Shown here: positions 1-10,470 of the stretch, piece by piece
Layout of the letters: each line of letters begins with the position of its first letter
Numbering within the stretch: the first letter of the stretch is position 1
Assembly: GCA_964581515.1 (NCBI GenBank)
Contig: CAZOOV010000001.1
Location: 180,823 to 244,822 of the forward strand
Length of the DNA: 64,000 bases
Direction of reading: 5' to 3'
Source of the DNA: an uncultured Methanosarcinales archaeon
GTDB taxonomy: Archaea; Nanobdellota; Nanobdellia; Woesearchaeales; JACJVV01
The notes under the pieces: generated by a model
What the model was told of the DNA's origin: nothing
Databases searched by the model: none
Seen by the model: only the letters and a program-made list of their open reading frames with translations
Translations under genes and position numbers: made by a program

Positions 1-451
1 TTCTTCTTGCTTTTGAAACATAATTAAGAATTATGCCTTCTTTGTATTTTCCACAACCCAAGAAGTCTTCATTTTTCTTTATTATAACAAAACCAACAAA
101 TTCTTGTTCTGATTTAATATCAGTGCCCATCAACCATTCTTTTGCTGTAGTGTTGTCTACTTCAAATACATTCTTAGTAGCAATCTTACCAATCAAAAGG
201 CTTCCTTCCATAGAAAGGCGAATATTACCATGATTTATCTCACAAAGATACATACCAAAGGAATTTACCCTTACTGCACTCAGGTCTATGTCTTTAATCT
301 CATTTGTTATTATATACACCTTATTCTTGTCTGATGTAAAGAAAGTATATTTGTCTATCAGAAGAGTTTTAGCATCGCACCCATATTCTTCACCTAAATG
401 TTCAAGGATCTTTGATGCTTCTTTCTTATTAAGAGCTTTTAATTTCATCAT
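1..451 (-). CDS. PUA-like / RsmF-C-terminal (NIP7-like) RNA-binding protein, 3' end outside window
   Basis: Not in the ORF track. Manual translation from ATG at 451 (ATGA overlap with the infB stop): MMKLKALNKKEASKILEHL...IRLSMEGSLLIGKIATKNVFEV...FLGCGKYKEGIILNYVSKARR, open to the window edge. The RLSxEGS and LGCGK pattern fits this archaeal family. Confidence 0.6.
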   Translation of the reverse strand, partial: MMKLKALNKKEASKILEHLGEEYGCDAKTLLIDKYTFFTSDKNKVYIITNEIKDIDLSAVRVNSFGMYLCEINHGNIRLSMEGSLLIGKIATKNVFEVDNTTAKEWLMGTDIKSEQEFVGFVIIKKNEDFLGCGKYKEGIILNYVSKARR

Positions 452-2211
452 ACACCCCATACGATGTTATTCTTTCGCATTTGTGTAGATATTTCCTTAA
501 GAACTTCAATCTCCTTATCTTTAAGAAACTTTTTTAGTCCCTTAAATTTCCTATAATCTTCGTCGCTGACACCAGAATAGAGAATATCTCCTTCATTGAT
601 CTGCCTGCCAATAGTTACATTATCAATAGAAATAGCTACTTCTGCGTCTTTTTCTACTTCTGTAACAGATTCTTTCTCTTTTTGTATACTTTTTATCTCT
701 GAGATTATTTTTCCATCCTTTAATATAGGCATACCTACCTTCAATTTACCTTCAATAACATGAACACCGCAAACTGCTGGATTTGATTGCCTGAAGATAT
801 AACCTTTCAAAACTTCAAATTTAGCAGGATAAGTCATACCATCAAGTTCTTTTCTTTCCTGCTCTTCTTTGAAATTCTTAAGATAATCATCAAGATCATC
901 TAAAATCTTATAGATTATCTTGTTGGTTATTATCTTAACATTCTTTGACTTAGTCTCCGATTGATCAATCACATTAAATCCAAGGACAATAGAATGTTCA
1001 GGATTCTTTTCCATATTAGACTCAGCATCGACAATATCTTTCTTACCTATATTACCAACTGCTGCCTTCATAACAGGTATCTCTTTCTCTTTCAATAAAT
1101 TAGTCATAGCTTCCAAACTTCCAATTGTATCTGCTTTAATGATAATACCTTCATTATCAGTCTCTACCAATGCTGATTCTACTTCTGCCTGGACTTCTTC
1201 CTTGATTGCTGGAAGTTCTATCTGCTTGCAACTTCGAACTGGCATACCTGCAATGACATCATCAATATCTGGAGCAACTATCCTTACCCCAATAGCAGCA
1301 TGTACTTCTTTGCACATACTATATTTTGTCTTCTTATCACGCATTTCACATAAGCATTCTGGTTCAAGAAGCATTTTTACTTTTGTAATTACTGGACCAT
1401 CAATCCCTCCTATTACAAGAGTATCTTCTTTGTTAAGAGAACCATCATATATTATTACATCCATAAGTTTTCCTAATCCTTTCTCTTCTTTTACTTCAAG
1501 TATTGTACCTTTAGCACCTACACCTTGTGTAACATGGAGATGATCCTCAAGATATCTTTGTGCAAGACCAGTAATCACCATAAGCAGTGATGAAATTCCT
1601 TCACCTGTCTCTGCAGAAACAGGTACTAGAGCAATCTGTTGAGTAAAATCCTGAACACGATCAAACCTTTCTGAATTAAGCCCATGTTCTGATAATGATC
1701 CAACAAGCTCATACATCTTTGTTTCAACTATAGTGTTGACATTAGGCTGTTGAGACGCAATATTTGCAAGAATTGGAGTATCTGGATTGGAATTCCAGCC
1801 AGGTATAAGATCAATCTTATTAGCTGCTACAATAAAAGGAGTCTTTGATGTCTTCAAAATCTCTATTGCTTCAATTGTCTGCGGCTTAAGACCTTCATTT
1901 ATGTCTATAACAAGAATTGCAATATCAGCGATAGTACCACCACGTTTCCTTAATGATGTGAAAGCAGCATGCCCAGGAGTATCAATAAAAAGAAGACCTG
2001 GAATGGTAAACTTAAGATTCATCTTATCAAGCATCTCACCACATTTTTGTTTTACAGTATTCAGTGGTATGATAGACGCACCAATCGCTTGTGTAATGCC
2101 TCCTGCTTCTTTAGCAAGAATATTACTGCCCCTAATACTATCTAGTATTTTTGACTTACCATGGTCTACATGGCCTAGTACAGTACATATTGGTGATCTT
2201 ATGTGTTCCAT
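448..2211 (-). CDS. infB: Translation initiation factor aIF5B (IF-2)
   Basis: RSPICTVLGHVDHGKS P-loop, GGITQAIGA, FIDTPGHAAF, NKID; archaeal length; no intein. Confidence 0.98.
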   Translation of the reverse strand: MEHIRSPICTVLGHVDHGKSKILDSIRGSNILAKEAGGITQAIGASIIPLNTVKQKCGEMLDKMNLKFTIPGLLFIDTPGHAAFTSLRKRGGTIADIAILVIDINEGLKPQTIEAIEILKTSKTPFIVAANKIDLIPGWNSNPDTPILANIASQQPNVNTIVETKMYELVGSLSEHGLNSERFDRVQDFTQQIALVPVSAETGEGISSLLMVITGLAQRYLEDHLHVTQGVGAKGTILEVKEEKGLGKLMDVIIYDGSLNKEDTLVIGGIDGPVITKVKMLLEPECLCEMRDKKTKYSMCKEVHAAIGVRIVAPDIDDVIAGMPVRSCKQIELPAIKEEVQAEVESALVETDNEGIIIKADTIGSLEAMTNLLKEKEIPVMKAAVGNIGKKDIVDAESNMEKNPEHSIVLGFNVIDQSETKSKNVKIITNKIIYKILDDLDDYLKNFKEEQERKELDGMTYPAKFEVLKGYIFRQSNPAVCGVHVIEGKLKVGMPILKDGKIISEIKSIQKEKESVTEVEKDAEVAISIDNVTIGRQINEGDILYSGVSDEDYRKFKGLKKFLKDKEIEVLKEISTQMRKNNIVWGV

Positions 2212-2242
2212 AGAATGAGGAAAAGAAGGTGTTTTTTAAAGG

Positions 2243-3181
2243 TTATGGCTTATACTTAGCTAATTCAGCCTTTAAAATCCTTAAGTTCTCTTCACCAGGA
2301 CATTCCTTTGCTGCAAAATCCCTATGCCCATAAACATTATCGTCAGAAATCTTATATCTCCTTTGAAGAGAAGTTACAAGAGCAATTACATTTGTTTTCT
2401 GCGCATCTGTAAGTGTTACAACACTACCGTCAGGATATCCTGTTTTTGGGTCGGTTGGCAATGTACCTACCATCTCTATACTTAGAGTACCTTCATTATG
2501 TCCTTTGCAGTGATACGCAATATTTGTTTCTGGAACTATCTGAATAATAGCTCCATCAATAGTACTATTCTTACCTTCACCAGTGCCATTCTCAACTATA
2601 TAATGTGCACTAAGAGATTTTTTTGCTGGAAGTTCATGATTGTGAAATGAGTTTTCTGCACTCTTGCCTTCTGACTGCGTTATATGAAGGAAGATCTGAT
2701 CAATGCCTACATTTCTGCCACCTACATGATAACCGGAAGTAAGGTTTGTTCTAGTAGGTCCAGCATAAGCTGGTGCATCTAATAATCCTGATTCTTTTGG
2801 TAAAGTCGCTTCAAGACCGATAGGTTCTGTATCATCTATCATATGTTCATCTGCAAATGCCATCAGCATCTCAACACGTAAATCCATATCGTGATTAGCT
2901 GGTGTTTTAGGTGTTTGATATGATCCAATAGAAGGTTCTTGACTTGCATCTGGTTTTGATTTAAACAGATTAGCTATACTATGTTTGCTTTGAAGATTTC
3001 CTGCAACACCAAGACCAATAACTCCTGCAAGCGCTAATAATGGAACTGCATAAGTCTTCATGTATGAGGCTACATTACCTGGCATTCTCTTAAGAGCATC
3101 AAAATAAGTGATGTCTCTAGCCATTATAGCATCAAAATCAGATGTATCAAATTCTTCTGGATTAGATTGTTTTTTAGTCAT
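2243..3181 (-). CDS. Membrane-anchored N-acetylmuramoyl-L-alanine amidase (Amidase_2/AmpD-like)
   Basis: IFLHIT, SAHYIV, IIQIVPETNIAYHC, SIEMVG, VYGHRD and KECPG give the His/His/Cys zinc ligands; hydrophobic segment AVPLLALAGVIGLGVAG near the N-terminus. Confidence 0.9.
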   Translation of the reverse strand: MTKKQSNPEEFDTSDFDAIMARDITYFDALKRMPGNVASYMKTYAVPLLALAGVIGLGVAGNLQSKHSIANLFKSKPDASQEPSIGSYQTPKTPANHDMDLRVEMLMAFADEHMIDDTEPIGLEATLPKESGLLDAPAYAGPTRTNLTSGYHVGGRNVGIDQIFLHITQSEGKSAENSFHNHELPAKKSLSAHYIVENGTGEGKNSTIDGAIIQIVPETNIAYHCKGHNEGTLSIEMVGTLPTDPKTGYPDGSVVTLTDAQKTNVIALVTSLQRRYKISDDNVYGHRDFAAKECPGEENLRILKAELAKYKP

Positions 3182-3246
3182 ATAGAACTTAGAAATGGTT
3201 TTATTTATAAGTCTTTTGGTTTTTTATCACTTAATAGTAGTTAATT

Positions 3247-3486
3247 TTATTGTTTTTGATATATTAAATGTTGATAAGGAGTTCTAGGCGTAGGTGAATA
3301 ATTAGGACCCTTATCCAGAAAGTATTTTGCTGTAACCACTGTACCAAATGAGAATGCTAATACAGTACCAGTTAGTGCAATAACTGCACCTAGTTTGATA
3401 ACAGGATAAATTACATTCTCTTTTACCTTAGTTGTCCTGGTATTCTGAGATATGCGAGTATCAATGGAATTATTGCTGATTTGCAT
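3247..3486 (-). CDS. Small single-pass membrane protein
   Basis: 79 aa ORF with one hydrophobic segment; TATA-like element upstream. Confidence 0.6.
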   Translation of the reverse strand: MQISNNSIDTRISQNTRTTKVKENVIYPVIKLGAVIALTGTVLAFSFGTVVTAKYFLDKGPNYSPTPRTPYQHLIYQKQ

Positions 3487-3586
3487 CTCAAAGAAGAATA
3501 AAATTCCCGTTATAAAGGTTTCTACACTACAAAAGAGAGGATGAAAAAGTAACTTTTAAAAAGATGCGAGAATTTCAATAGACATC

Positions 3587-4978
3587 ATGGCATTAAAACT
3601 ATTCAATACATTAGGAAGAGAAAAGCAAGAGTTTGTGCCTATTGAGAAAGGCAAGGTAAGCATGTATAGCTGTGGGCCTACTGTATACAATTATTTGCAT
3701 ATAGGAAACTTGCGTGCTTTTATGTTTGCAGATCTTCTTAAAAAATATCTGAGATTCAAAGGGCTTGAAGTCAAACATGTCATGAACATCACTGATGTAG
3801 ATGACAAGACTATAAGAGATTCTCAAAAAGAAGGAAAGAGCCTAAAAGAATTCACTGAGTTTTATACAAAAATATTTCTGGACGATATTAAAAGCTTAGG
3901 CATGGATCCTGCTGATGTAATGCCAAAAGCAACCGATCATATCAATGAGATGGTCGAACTCGTAAAGAAGATGAAGGAAAAAGGACATACATATGAAAAG
4001 AACGGAACAATATACTTCAAAATAACTTCAATGGAAGATTATGGTAAGTTAGCATGTTTAGATCTTGAGAATTTAAAAGATAATGCAGATGGAAGACTTA
4101 ATAATGCTGATGAATATGAAAAAGATGATGCAAGAGATTTTGCATTATGGAAAGCATGGGAAGAAAAAGATGGAGATGTATTTTGGGAGACTGACCTTGG
4201 TAAAGGAAGACCAGGGTGGCATATAGAATGTAGTGCAATGTCAACTAAACATCTAGGCGACCAATTTGATATCCATACAGGTGGAGTTGATCTCATATTC
4301 CCACATCATACCAATGAAATAGCGCAGACAGAAAGCGCTACATGCAAACACCCTTGGGTGAATTACTGGATACATAATGCACATTTAATAGTGAATGGAG
4401 AGAAGATGTCAAAATCAATGGGCAATTTCTTCACACTAAAAGATTTGACAGATAAAGGATATGACAAGCGAGCTATCAGATTTGAACTGCTAAAGACACA
4501 TTACAGGATGAAACTTGATTTTAGAGAAGATGAACTTAAACAGATACCTGAAACATTAGCAAAATTTGATGAGATTGTCAGCAAACTACAATCTGTCAAG
4601 GGAGATAAAGGAGAAGATAAGATCTCAGAAAAGTTCTTGAAAGAATTTGAGAATGCAATGGATGATGATCTGAACATTTCAGGAGGACTCGCTGTTGTCT
4701 TTGAATTCATAAAAGAAGTAAATAAGGAATTAGATAATAATGATGTAGGAGATGCAAAAAGCTATCTTGAAACATTAAAGAAGCTTGATTCTGTCTTAAG
4801 CATAATGAAATTTGAGACTGAAGAGATCCCTGCAGAGATAACTGAGCTTGCTGAGAAAAGGCTTAAGGCAAGAGAAGAGAAGAACTGGGAAGAAAGCGAC
4901 AAGCTTAGAGATGAGATTCAGAGCAAAGGCTATGAAATCCTTGATGAAAAGGAAGGATATAGACTAAAGAAAAAATAA
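3587..4978 (+). CDS. cysS: Cysteine-tRNA ligase
   Basis: YSCGPTVY, HIGN, GRPGWHIECSAM, DIHTGGVDLIFPHH, KMSKS. Confidence 0.98.
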   Translation: MALKLFNTLGREKQEFVPIEKGKVSMYSCGPTVYNYLHIGNLRAFMFADLLKKYLRFKGLEVKHVMNITDVDDKTIRDSQKEGKSLKEFTEFYTKIFLDDIKSLGMDPADVMPKATDHINEMVELVKKMKEKGHTYEKNGTIYFKITSMEDYGKLACLDLENLKDNADGRLNNADEYEKDDARDFALWKAWEEKDGDVFWETDLGKGRPGWHIECSAMSTKHLGDQFDIHTGGVDLIFPHHTNEIAQTESATCKHPWVNYWIHNAHLIVNGEKMSKSMGNFFTLKDLTDKGYDKRAIRFELLKTHYRMKLDFREDELKQIPETLAKFDEIVSKLQSVKGDKGEDKISEKFLKEFENAMDDDLNISGGLAVVFEFIKEVNKELDNNDVGDAKSYLETLKKLDSVLSIMKFETEEIPAEITELAEKRLKAREEKNWEESDKLRDEIQSKGYEILDEKEGYRLKKK

Positions 4979-4984
4979 GGAGAA

Positions 4985-5521
4985 TTAATATCCTCCTACT
5001 CCAATTACCACAATACCTTTTTCTTGAGCATAATCCAATAATGGTTTTGCTGGTTCTTTTGCTATAATACCATTCACAGTAACTCTTCTTGACAAATCAT
5101 CTACCATAGATGCATGATTTACTTCTTCCAAGCATACAGCTATATTATGTGGCCTTAATCCATTTGTATTTGTCATTACTGTTGCATTATTCGGGAGATC
5201 TTGGTCCCGGAAATACTGGTTTAGCCTTTCTACCAAAGTATCAGGGTGAAGATATACCATTGGAGCTGATGGAAGAGCATGACAAGCATGAAAGCCTGAA
5301 ATACTCCTTCTACTGCTACTTCTTCCTGAAGAACCAGGGGCTGATCCAAAACCTACTGATGAATGTGAAAATGGATCTTTTTGTGGAGCTTGTTCTTCAT
5401 CTTTTATGTTATAAGCCATCACAGCTAATTCATTATGTACTGCTCCACCTATATTTACTGGAACATATCTTGAATGTTCTAAACCTAGTGCTTTTGATAA
5501 TTTCATTGAGTCAACTTTCAT
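4985..5521 (-). CDS. Hypothetical protein
   Basis: 178 aa ORF, GAGG RBS upstream, convergent with cysS. Confidence 0.65.
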   Translation of the reverse strand: MKVDSMKLSKALGLEHSRYVPVNIGGAVHNELAVMAYNIKDEEQAPQKDPFSHSSVGFGSAPGSSGRSSSRRSISGFHACHALPSAPMVYLHPDTLVERLNQYFRDQDLPNNATVMTNTNGLRPHNIAVCLEEVNHASMVDDLSRRVTVNGIIAKEPAKPLLDYAQEKGIVVIGVGGY

Positions 5522-5753
5522 TTCGATAACCTCGTTTAGTGTTTTTTTAGTTGTAAAAGAAAAAAACAGTTGGTATTAAAGTCTAGAGAAATATAGCTGA
5601 CGCCAATGGCCATGAGTTGATTTGAAAATACTAAGATCTAGAAAGATTGAATAGCTACTGCCAGGCATAATCACATCTGTTTGTCATAGTTTTTGAGAAT
5701 AGGTTGAATTATATAAATGTTTCTGAACATTTGAGTAAAGATTTTTAAACATA

Positions 5754-7451
5754 ATGATATTATATTCGACTATGAATTATTTTGAAGAACTCATTGAGTG
5801 GATAAAAGAGAATAAGCCTGATAAGGATAAACTCGCTAAACAGAAGGTCAAGCTATGCAGAAAACATGGCAAAAAGGAAATTCCTACTGATATTGAGATA
5901 TATTTACAGGCCACCATATATGATGCTAAGAAAATAAGAAGATATGTAGAAACAAAACCAACAAGAACTGGAAGTGGTGTTGCAGTTGTTGCTGTAATGA
6001 CAAAGCCTGCAAAGTGCCCTCATGGCAAATGCATATTTTGCCCTGGTGGAGTAGAAAGCGAATTTGGTGATGTTCCTCAAAGCTATACAGGCAAAGAGCC
6101 TTCCACTATGAGAGGGATGAGAAATGATTATGATCCATACAGAATCGTATTTAATCGGTTAGAACAATATATAGTAATAGGACAGAACCCTGAAAAAGTA
6201 GACCAAATAATAATGGGTGGAACTTTTTGCTCAATGCCTAAAAAATATCAAGAAAATTTTATTCATCATTCATTCAAGGCATATAATGATTTTTCTGATA
6301 TGTTTTACATTAAAGGTAAGTTAGATCTTAAGAAGTTCAAAGAATTCTTCGAACTGCCAGGGAAAGTCAATGATAAGAAACGTAGCATAAGAATAAAGAA
6401 GAAAGTGTTAGCTCTTAAGAAGAAAAATAAAAAAAGCCTTTTTGAAGAGCAGAAAAGAAATGAGAAAAGTGCTATCCGGTGCATAGGAATCACTGTTGAG
6501 ACTAGACCAGATTGCGGTCTTGTTGAGGATGGTATCAGATTACTTAGTCTTGGAGTCACTAGAATAGAACTAGGAGTACAGACAGTATATGATGATGTAC
6601 TAAAGAAAGTCAATAGAGGTCATAATGTCAAAGATTCTAAAAGAAGCATTGCCGAACTCCGTGATTTAGGATTTAAACTAAATTTTCATATAATGCCAGG
6701 ACTTCCTGGAGTTAGCAAGAAAAAAGATATAGAAAATTTCAAGACTTTCTTCAGAAACAGCTGGTTCAAGCCAGATATGCTGAAGATATATCCTTGCATG
6801 GTTATGCCAGGGACTGAGCTGTATAAATGGTATAAGAAAGGTAAATTTAAACCACTCATTACAAAAGAAGCAGCTGAAATAATTGTTGAAGGTTTCAAAT
6901 ATATCCCTGAATGGTGCAGGGTTATGAGAGTGCAGAGAGATATTCCAACATATGTGACTTCTGCAGGCGTTGACAGGACAAACTTAAGACAATATGTGAA
7001 TGAACTTGCCAGAAAGAAGAAAGTTAAGATAAATGATATCAGGGCAAGAGAGATCAGAAAGGAGAAAGTAAAAGAAAAAGGAAAGATAAAAGTAATTGAA
7101 TATATTGCCAGTAACAGTAAAGAATACTTTATTAGTTGTGAAGCTGATGGAAAATTACTTGGTTTTTTGAGATTAAGGCATGTTGTCAGGTCATTGCACA
7201 GTGCCATAACACTCGATAGCGGAGTAATTAGGGAATTACATGTCTATGGAAGTGCTGTAGGTATAGGAAAAGAAGGAGATATTCAGCATAAAGGCGTTGG
7301 TAAAAGACTTATGAAAAAAGCTGAAGAAATATGTCTGAAAAAGAAAAAAGATAAGATGGTTGTCATTTCTGGAGTAGGTGCAAGAGATTATTACAGAAAA
7401 TTAGGATATAAAAAACAAGGACCTTATATGGTCAAGAAGTTGAGACTATAG
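5754..7451 (+). CDS. elp3: Elp3 radical SAM/GNAT tRNA U34 acetyltransferase
   Basis: CPHGKCIFCPGG, QSYTGKEP, ETRPD, RVQRDIP, RELHVYG, QHKGVG, ISGVGARDYYRKLGY. Confidence 0.96.
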   Translation: MILYSTMNYFEELIEWIKENKPDKDKLAKQKVKLCRKHGKKEIPTDIEIYLQATIYDAKKIRRYVETKPTRTGSGVAVVAVMTKPAKCPHGKCIFCPGGVESEFGDVPQSYTGKEPSTMRGMRNDYDPYRIVFNRLEQYIVIGQNPEKVDQIIMGGTFCSMPKKYQENFIHHSFKAYNDFSDMFYIKGKLDLKKFKEFFELPGKVNDKKRSIRIKKKVLALKKKNKKSLFEEQKRNEKSAIRCIGITVETRPDCGLVEDGIRLLSLGVTRIELGVQTVYDDVLKKVNRGHNVKDSKRSIAELRDLGFKLNFHIMPGLPGVSKKKDIENFKTFFRNSWFKPDMLKIYPCMVMPGTELYKWYKKGKFKPLITKEAAEIIVEGFKYIPEWCRVMRVQRDIPTYVTSAGVDRTNLRQYVNELARKKKVKINDIRAREIRKEKVKEKGKIKVIEYIASNSKEYFISCEADGKLLGFLRLRHVVRSLHSAITLDSGVIRELHVYGSAVGIGKEGDIQHKGVGKRLMKKAEEICLKKKKDKMVVISGVGARDYYRKLGYKKQGPYMVKKLRL

Positions 7452-10400
7452 AACCATAATCATTCCTGACATCATCAGGGGATCTAAAAGTAATAGGTAT
7501 ACTATACACCTGAGGTCTTATGGATAAATCTTTTTCTAGGAAGTAAAATATATCATTATCTACTACTACAGTAGTTTCAACAGGTATGTCAATCTGTTTA
7601 TTTGTCTGAAAGTTCATCTCAATAACATTATTGTAAGAATATCTGTTCAAGACAAGCTTTCTTTGATTATCTGTAATATATGTAAAGAAATTAAGTTCCA
7701 ATTGACCAGTCTTATCATTGTCAATGTATGTAACCCTATCGTTCAGATCTGTATAGGACGCAGGTAGTGCACTTTGATAATATAATTGCCTCTGCTGTTG
7801 AAGGCCAATCCTTAGGGAGAGGTCTCTTTTTGCTTCAAGATTTAACTTTTGCAGAAGATTTATTTCTTGTGTTGTATTTACTGTGTTATTGTATATGATA
7901 TTAAAGTTTGAAGTGTATTCATCAACATCTTGTTTTATCATCATAACATAATTTGGATCAAAAACTTCTCTTGCATTGCCCTCATATGTTGCTTCTGTAC
8001 TGCTGAGTTTCCCTATTGATAATAAACCAATAATATCTTCTCTTACATATATACTATTTTCTCCAGACATATTTGCACAATTTTTGAAACAGATATGTTT
8101 ATTTTCCATATTACCATAACTGCTTACTGCAACTTCATATTCCTGAGGAAGATATCTGTATAAGCAATCCTTTTGTCTTAATGTTACATTTGCGACATAA
8201 GTTCCCTTTATGCTATTTAATCTCCCTATACCAGGGTAAGTTGTAGTAGATTGCAAAGTAGAATGATTTATGAAATACATCTCCCAGCTACTACCTCTTA
8301 CATAATTCTCTCTTGTATTGTCTGGCAATAATGGACCAAAATAAATCTCTTTTACAGACCATGAATTGTTGTCTGGTGATGAAGCATTGATGTATGTTAT
8401 GTTACCAGATGGACTGTAATGAATTGTTATTGCATCTGCTGAGTCTGAACGCATGTAAATTTCTACATCGTCATTATGAAGGATTGCTCTATGATTAGGT
8501 GATGGTCTTAACTCAATTGCTGTTATTTCATCTACAGATGAGTCTAAGTTTGCTATCCATGAACCTTTTATTACATTGTGTGCTAAAATGGAATTATTAC
8601 CTACTTCTATCAAATTCCAAAACATTGTTGCGTGCTCTGCTACTATCAAATCAGGAGTCTGGACTAAGTCTCCACCATGATTTATTATTATTCTCTTAGG
8701 ATTTGAAATTGTTATATCTCCATATGCCCTATATGAATCATCAATTGAAGAGATTATGAAACCTGAATAGGTCTGGAAGTCTGCATCGTAGGTTTGTAAG
8801 ATGAGTGCCATCAAGTCTGATGTTATCTGGTCTGATATTTCGTTAAAGTTTGCTGTGTTTCCTTGTGATACCTCTTCTTGCAGTAAAGTTAAATATGTTA
8901 GGCCTAATATCTGTAATGCTTCTGATGATAGATTATCTGGAATAGGTATTGATACTGAAATGTTTAATGGTTGAAGTGCTGTGTTTGCTATTGAGAGTAG
9001 AGATTGATCATGATCCCTGTTAATCCTTTCTATGAATAAATTCCCTAATGTTTCTAAATCAGTTGTAGATGTTGACGTTGGCAGTGATGGTGGTGGTATC
9101 ATAGTATTATCTAATTGATCTAGAATAGTTGCTGTGTTTGGGATTGTACTTAGGAATTCTCTTGCAGGGATTAAGTTTGGATTGTTGTTTGCATCTAATA
9201 AGCTGTGTTGGATGAAGTCATAGTCTATTGTGTAGTCTGGATCGTCTGTTGGGTAGCCTGTTAGAGCGTTTGGTGTGTATGTTTGGCCTTGCATTTCTAT
9301 GATTGCAGGTGATGAATCTGGAAGGCGAACTTGTGTTTTGTCTTCATCAAAGTTTATTTGTGCAACTGGCTGTTCTGTATCTGGTTGTACAATTGTGGGA
9401 GAAGAAGATGGTAATTCTGAAACAAGAATATCATCAGGTGGAAGATATATCATTACAGAAGTATCATCATTTATAACTTCAGTTGTTGAAGCACCATCAA
9501 GTGACTGATCTACATGGACATCTGTGAATGCATTAACACCTACACTTATTTCTTGATCATCTCCTTCATGATCAAAAACTACTTCTGCAGGTGAGTCCAT
9601 AGGTCCTGAAGCCATATCTTCTGCAGTAGCAGTGGGATCAGATGTTGAAGTAAGACCTACATTATCTATAGTTTCTTCTATTTTATCAAGAGAATTAGAA
9701 GGTGGTAATTCTTCTGAAATAGTTTCTTCATCACCATTATCTTCTTCAGAGATATCTTTTAATATTTCTTCATAAGGTTTTAAATTGGTCTCAGGAAGTG
9801 CAGGTTCATAAGTTGATCTAAATTCATGAATATCGGATTGTTCTATATTAGATAAACCAAAACATTCTGGCAAGCAAACTTCAGGCCAAACATAGTTAGG
9901 ACCATCATTATCCTCTACTAAAGTGACATCTCCATTCTTAATTGCTTCATCTATCTTTTGAAAATCCTTACCAGTCATTGCTTCTAAATATATAATTGAC
10001 TTTGATGGATCTGTTTTAAAATTTGAATAAAAATATTTATTTAATGTTCCTTGAAGTAATTCATCATCTCCGTCATCAATAATTAATTGACGTAATCCTT
10101 CCTCATTTGTTGTTACAAACTTACTAACACAAGTACCACAATTAATTGCAGTGTCTTGATTGTTCATTAATTCTTTTTGTTGGTTAGCATCTAATTTATC
10201 ATATAACTGATTCTGTGATTTTATGATATTCTGCTGTTGTGTTCCTTCTAGATCATACCATACACTTTGTAACTCAGTCTGATCAATTGTATTTAATAAA
10301 GCAGGGTTATTCAGATTATCTGAATTTGATAAGAATGAATATAGATTATCACCCTTGCATTCTGTAAGAGATTCACCATCACAAGTAGCATTAATTAAAG

Positions 10401-10452
10401 GTAATACTATTATAATAATTAAAAGAATGCTAATATTATTATTAATTTTCAT
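7432..10452 (-). CDS. Large secreted surface protein, paralogue B (1006 aa)
   Basis: Signal peptide ending ...LPLINA; acidic, Ser/Thr/Pro-rich middle; C-terminal ~400 aa aligns by eye with 11606..14491. Confidence 0.85.
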   Translation of the reverse strand: MKINNNISILLIIIIVLPLINATCDGESLTECKGDNLYSFLSNSDNLNNPALLNTIDQTELQSVWYDLEGTQQQNIIKSQNQLYDKLDANQQKELMNNQDTAINCGTCVSKFVTTNEEGLRQLIIDDGDDELLQGTLNKYFYSNFKTDPSKSIIYLEAMTGKDFQKIDEAIKNGDVTLVEDNDGPNYVWPEVCLPECFGLSNIEQSDIHEFRSTYEPALPETNLKPYEEILKDISEEDNGDEETISEELPPSNSLDKIEETIDNVGLTSTSDPTATAEDMASGPMDSPAEVVFDHEGDDQEISVGVNAFTDVHVDQSLDGASTTEVINDDTSVMIYLPPDDILVSELPSSSPTIVQPDTEQPVAQINFDEDKTQVRLPDSSPAIIEMQGQTYTPNALTGYPTDDPDYTIDYDFIQHSLLDANNNPNLIPAREFLSTIPNTATILDQLDNTMIPPPSLPTSTSTTDLETLGNLFIERINRDHDQSLLSIANTALQPLNISVSIPIPDNLSSEALQILGLTYLTLLQEEVSQGNTANFNEISDQITSDLMALILQTYDADFQTYSGFIISSIDDSYRAYGDITISNPKRIIINHGGDLVQTPDLIVAEHATMFWNLIEVGNNSILAHNVIKGSWIANLDSSVDEITAIELRPSPNHRAILHNDDVEIYMRSDSADAITIHYSPSGNITYINASSPDNNSWSVKEIYFGPLLPDNTRENYVRGSSWEMYFINHSTLQSTTTYPGIGRLNSIKGTYVANVTLRQKDCLYRYLPQEYEVAVSSYGNMENKHICFKNCANMSGENSIYVREDIIGLLSIGKLSSTEATYEGNAREVFDPNYVMMIKQDVDEYTSNFNIIYNNTVNTTQEINLLQKLNLEAKRDLSLRIGLQQQRQLYYQSALPASYTDLNDRVTYIDNDKTGQLELNFFTYITDNQRKLVLNRYSYNNVIEMNFQTNKQIDIPVETTVVVDNDIFYFLEKDLSIRPQVYSIPITFRSPDDVRNDYGSIVSTS

Positions 10453-10470
10453 TTTGTTATTAATATAGTC

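Noticed and set aside
1139-2218. Antisense ORFs (also 46438..47130, 31112..31696, 6686..7207, 49788..50228 and similar)
   Set aside because: Shadow frames opposite well-supported genes, without motifs
5540-5700. Riboswitch or small ORF upstream of 4985..5521
   Set aside because: A minus-strand TATA near 5710 is plausible, but only 10- and 30-codon ORFs and no recognisable RNA motif follow
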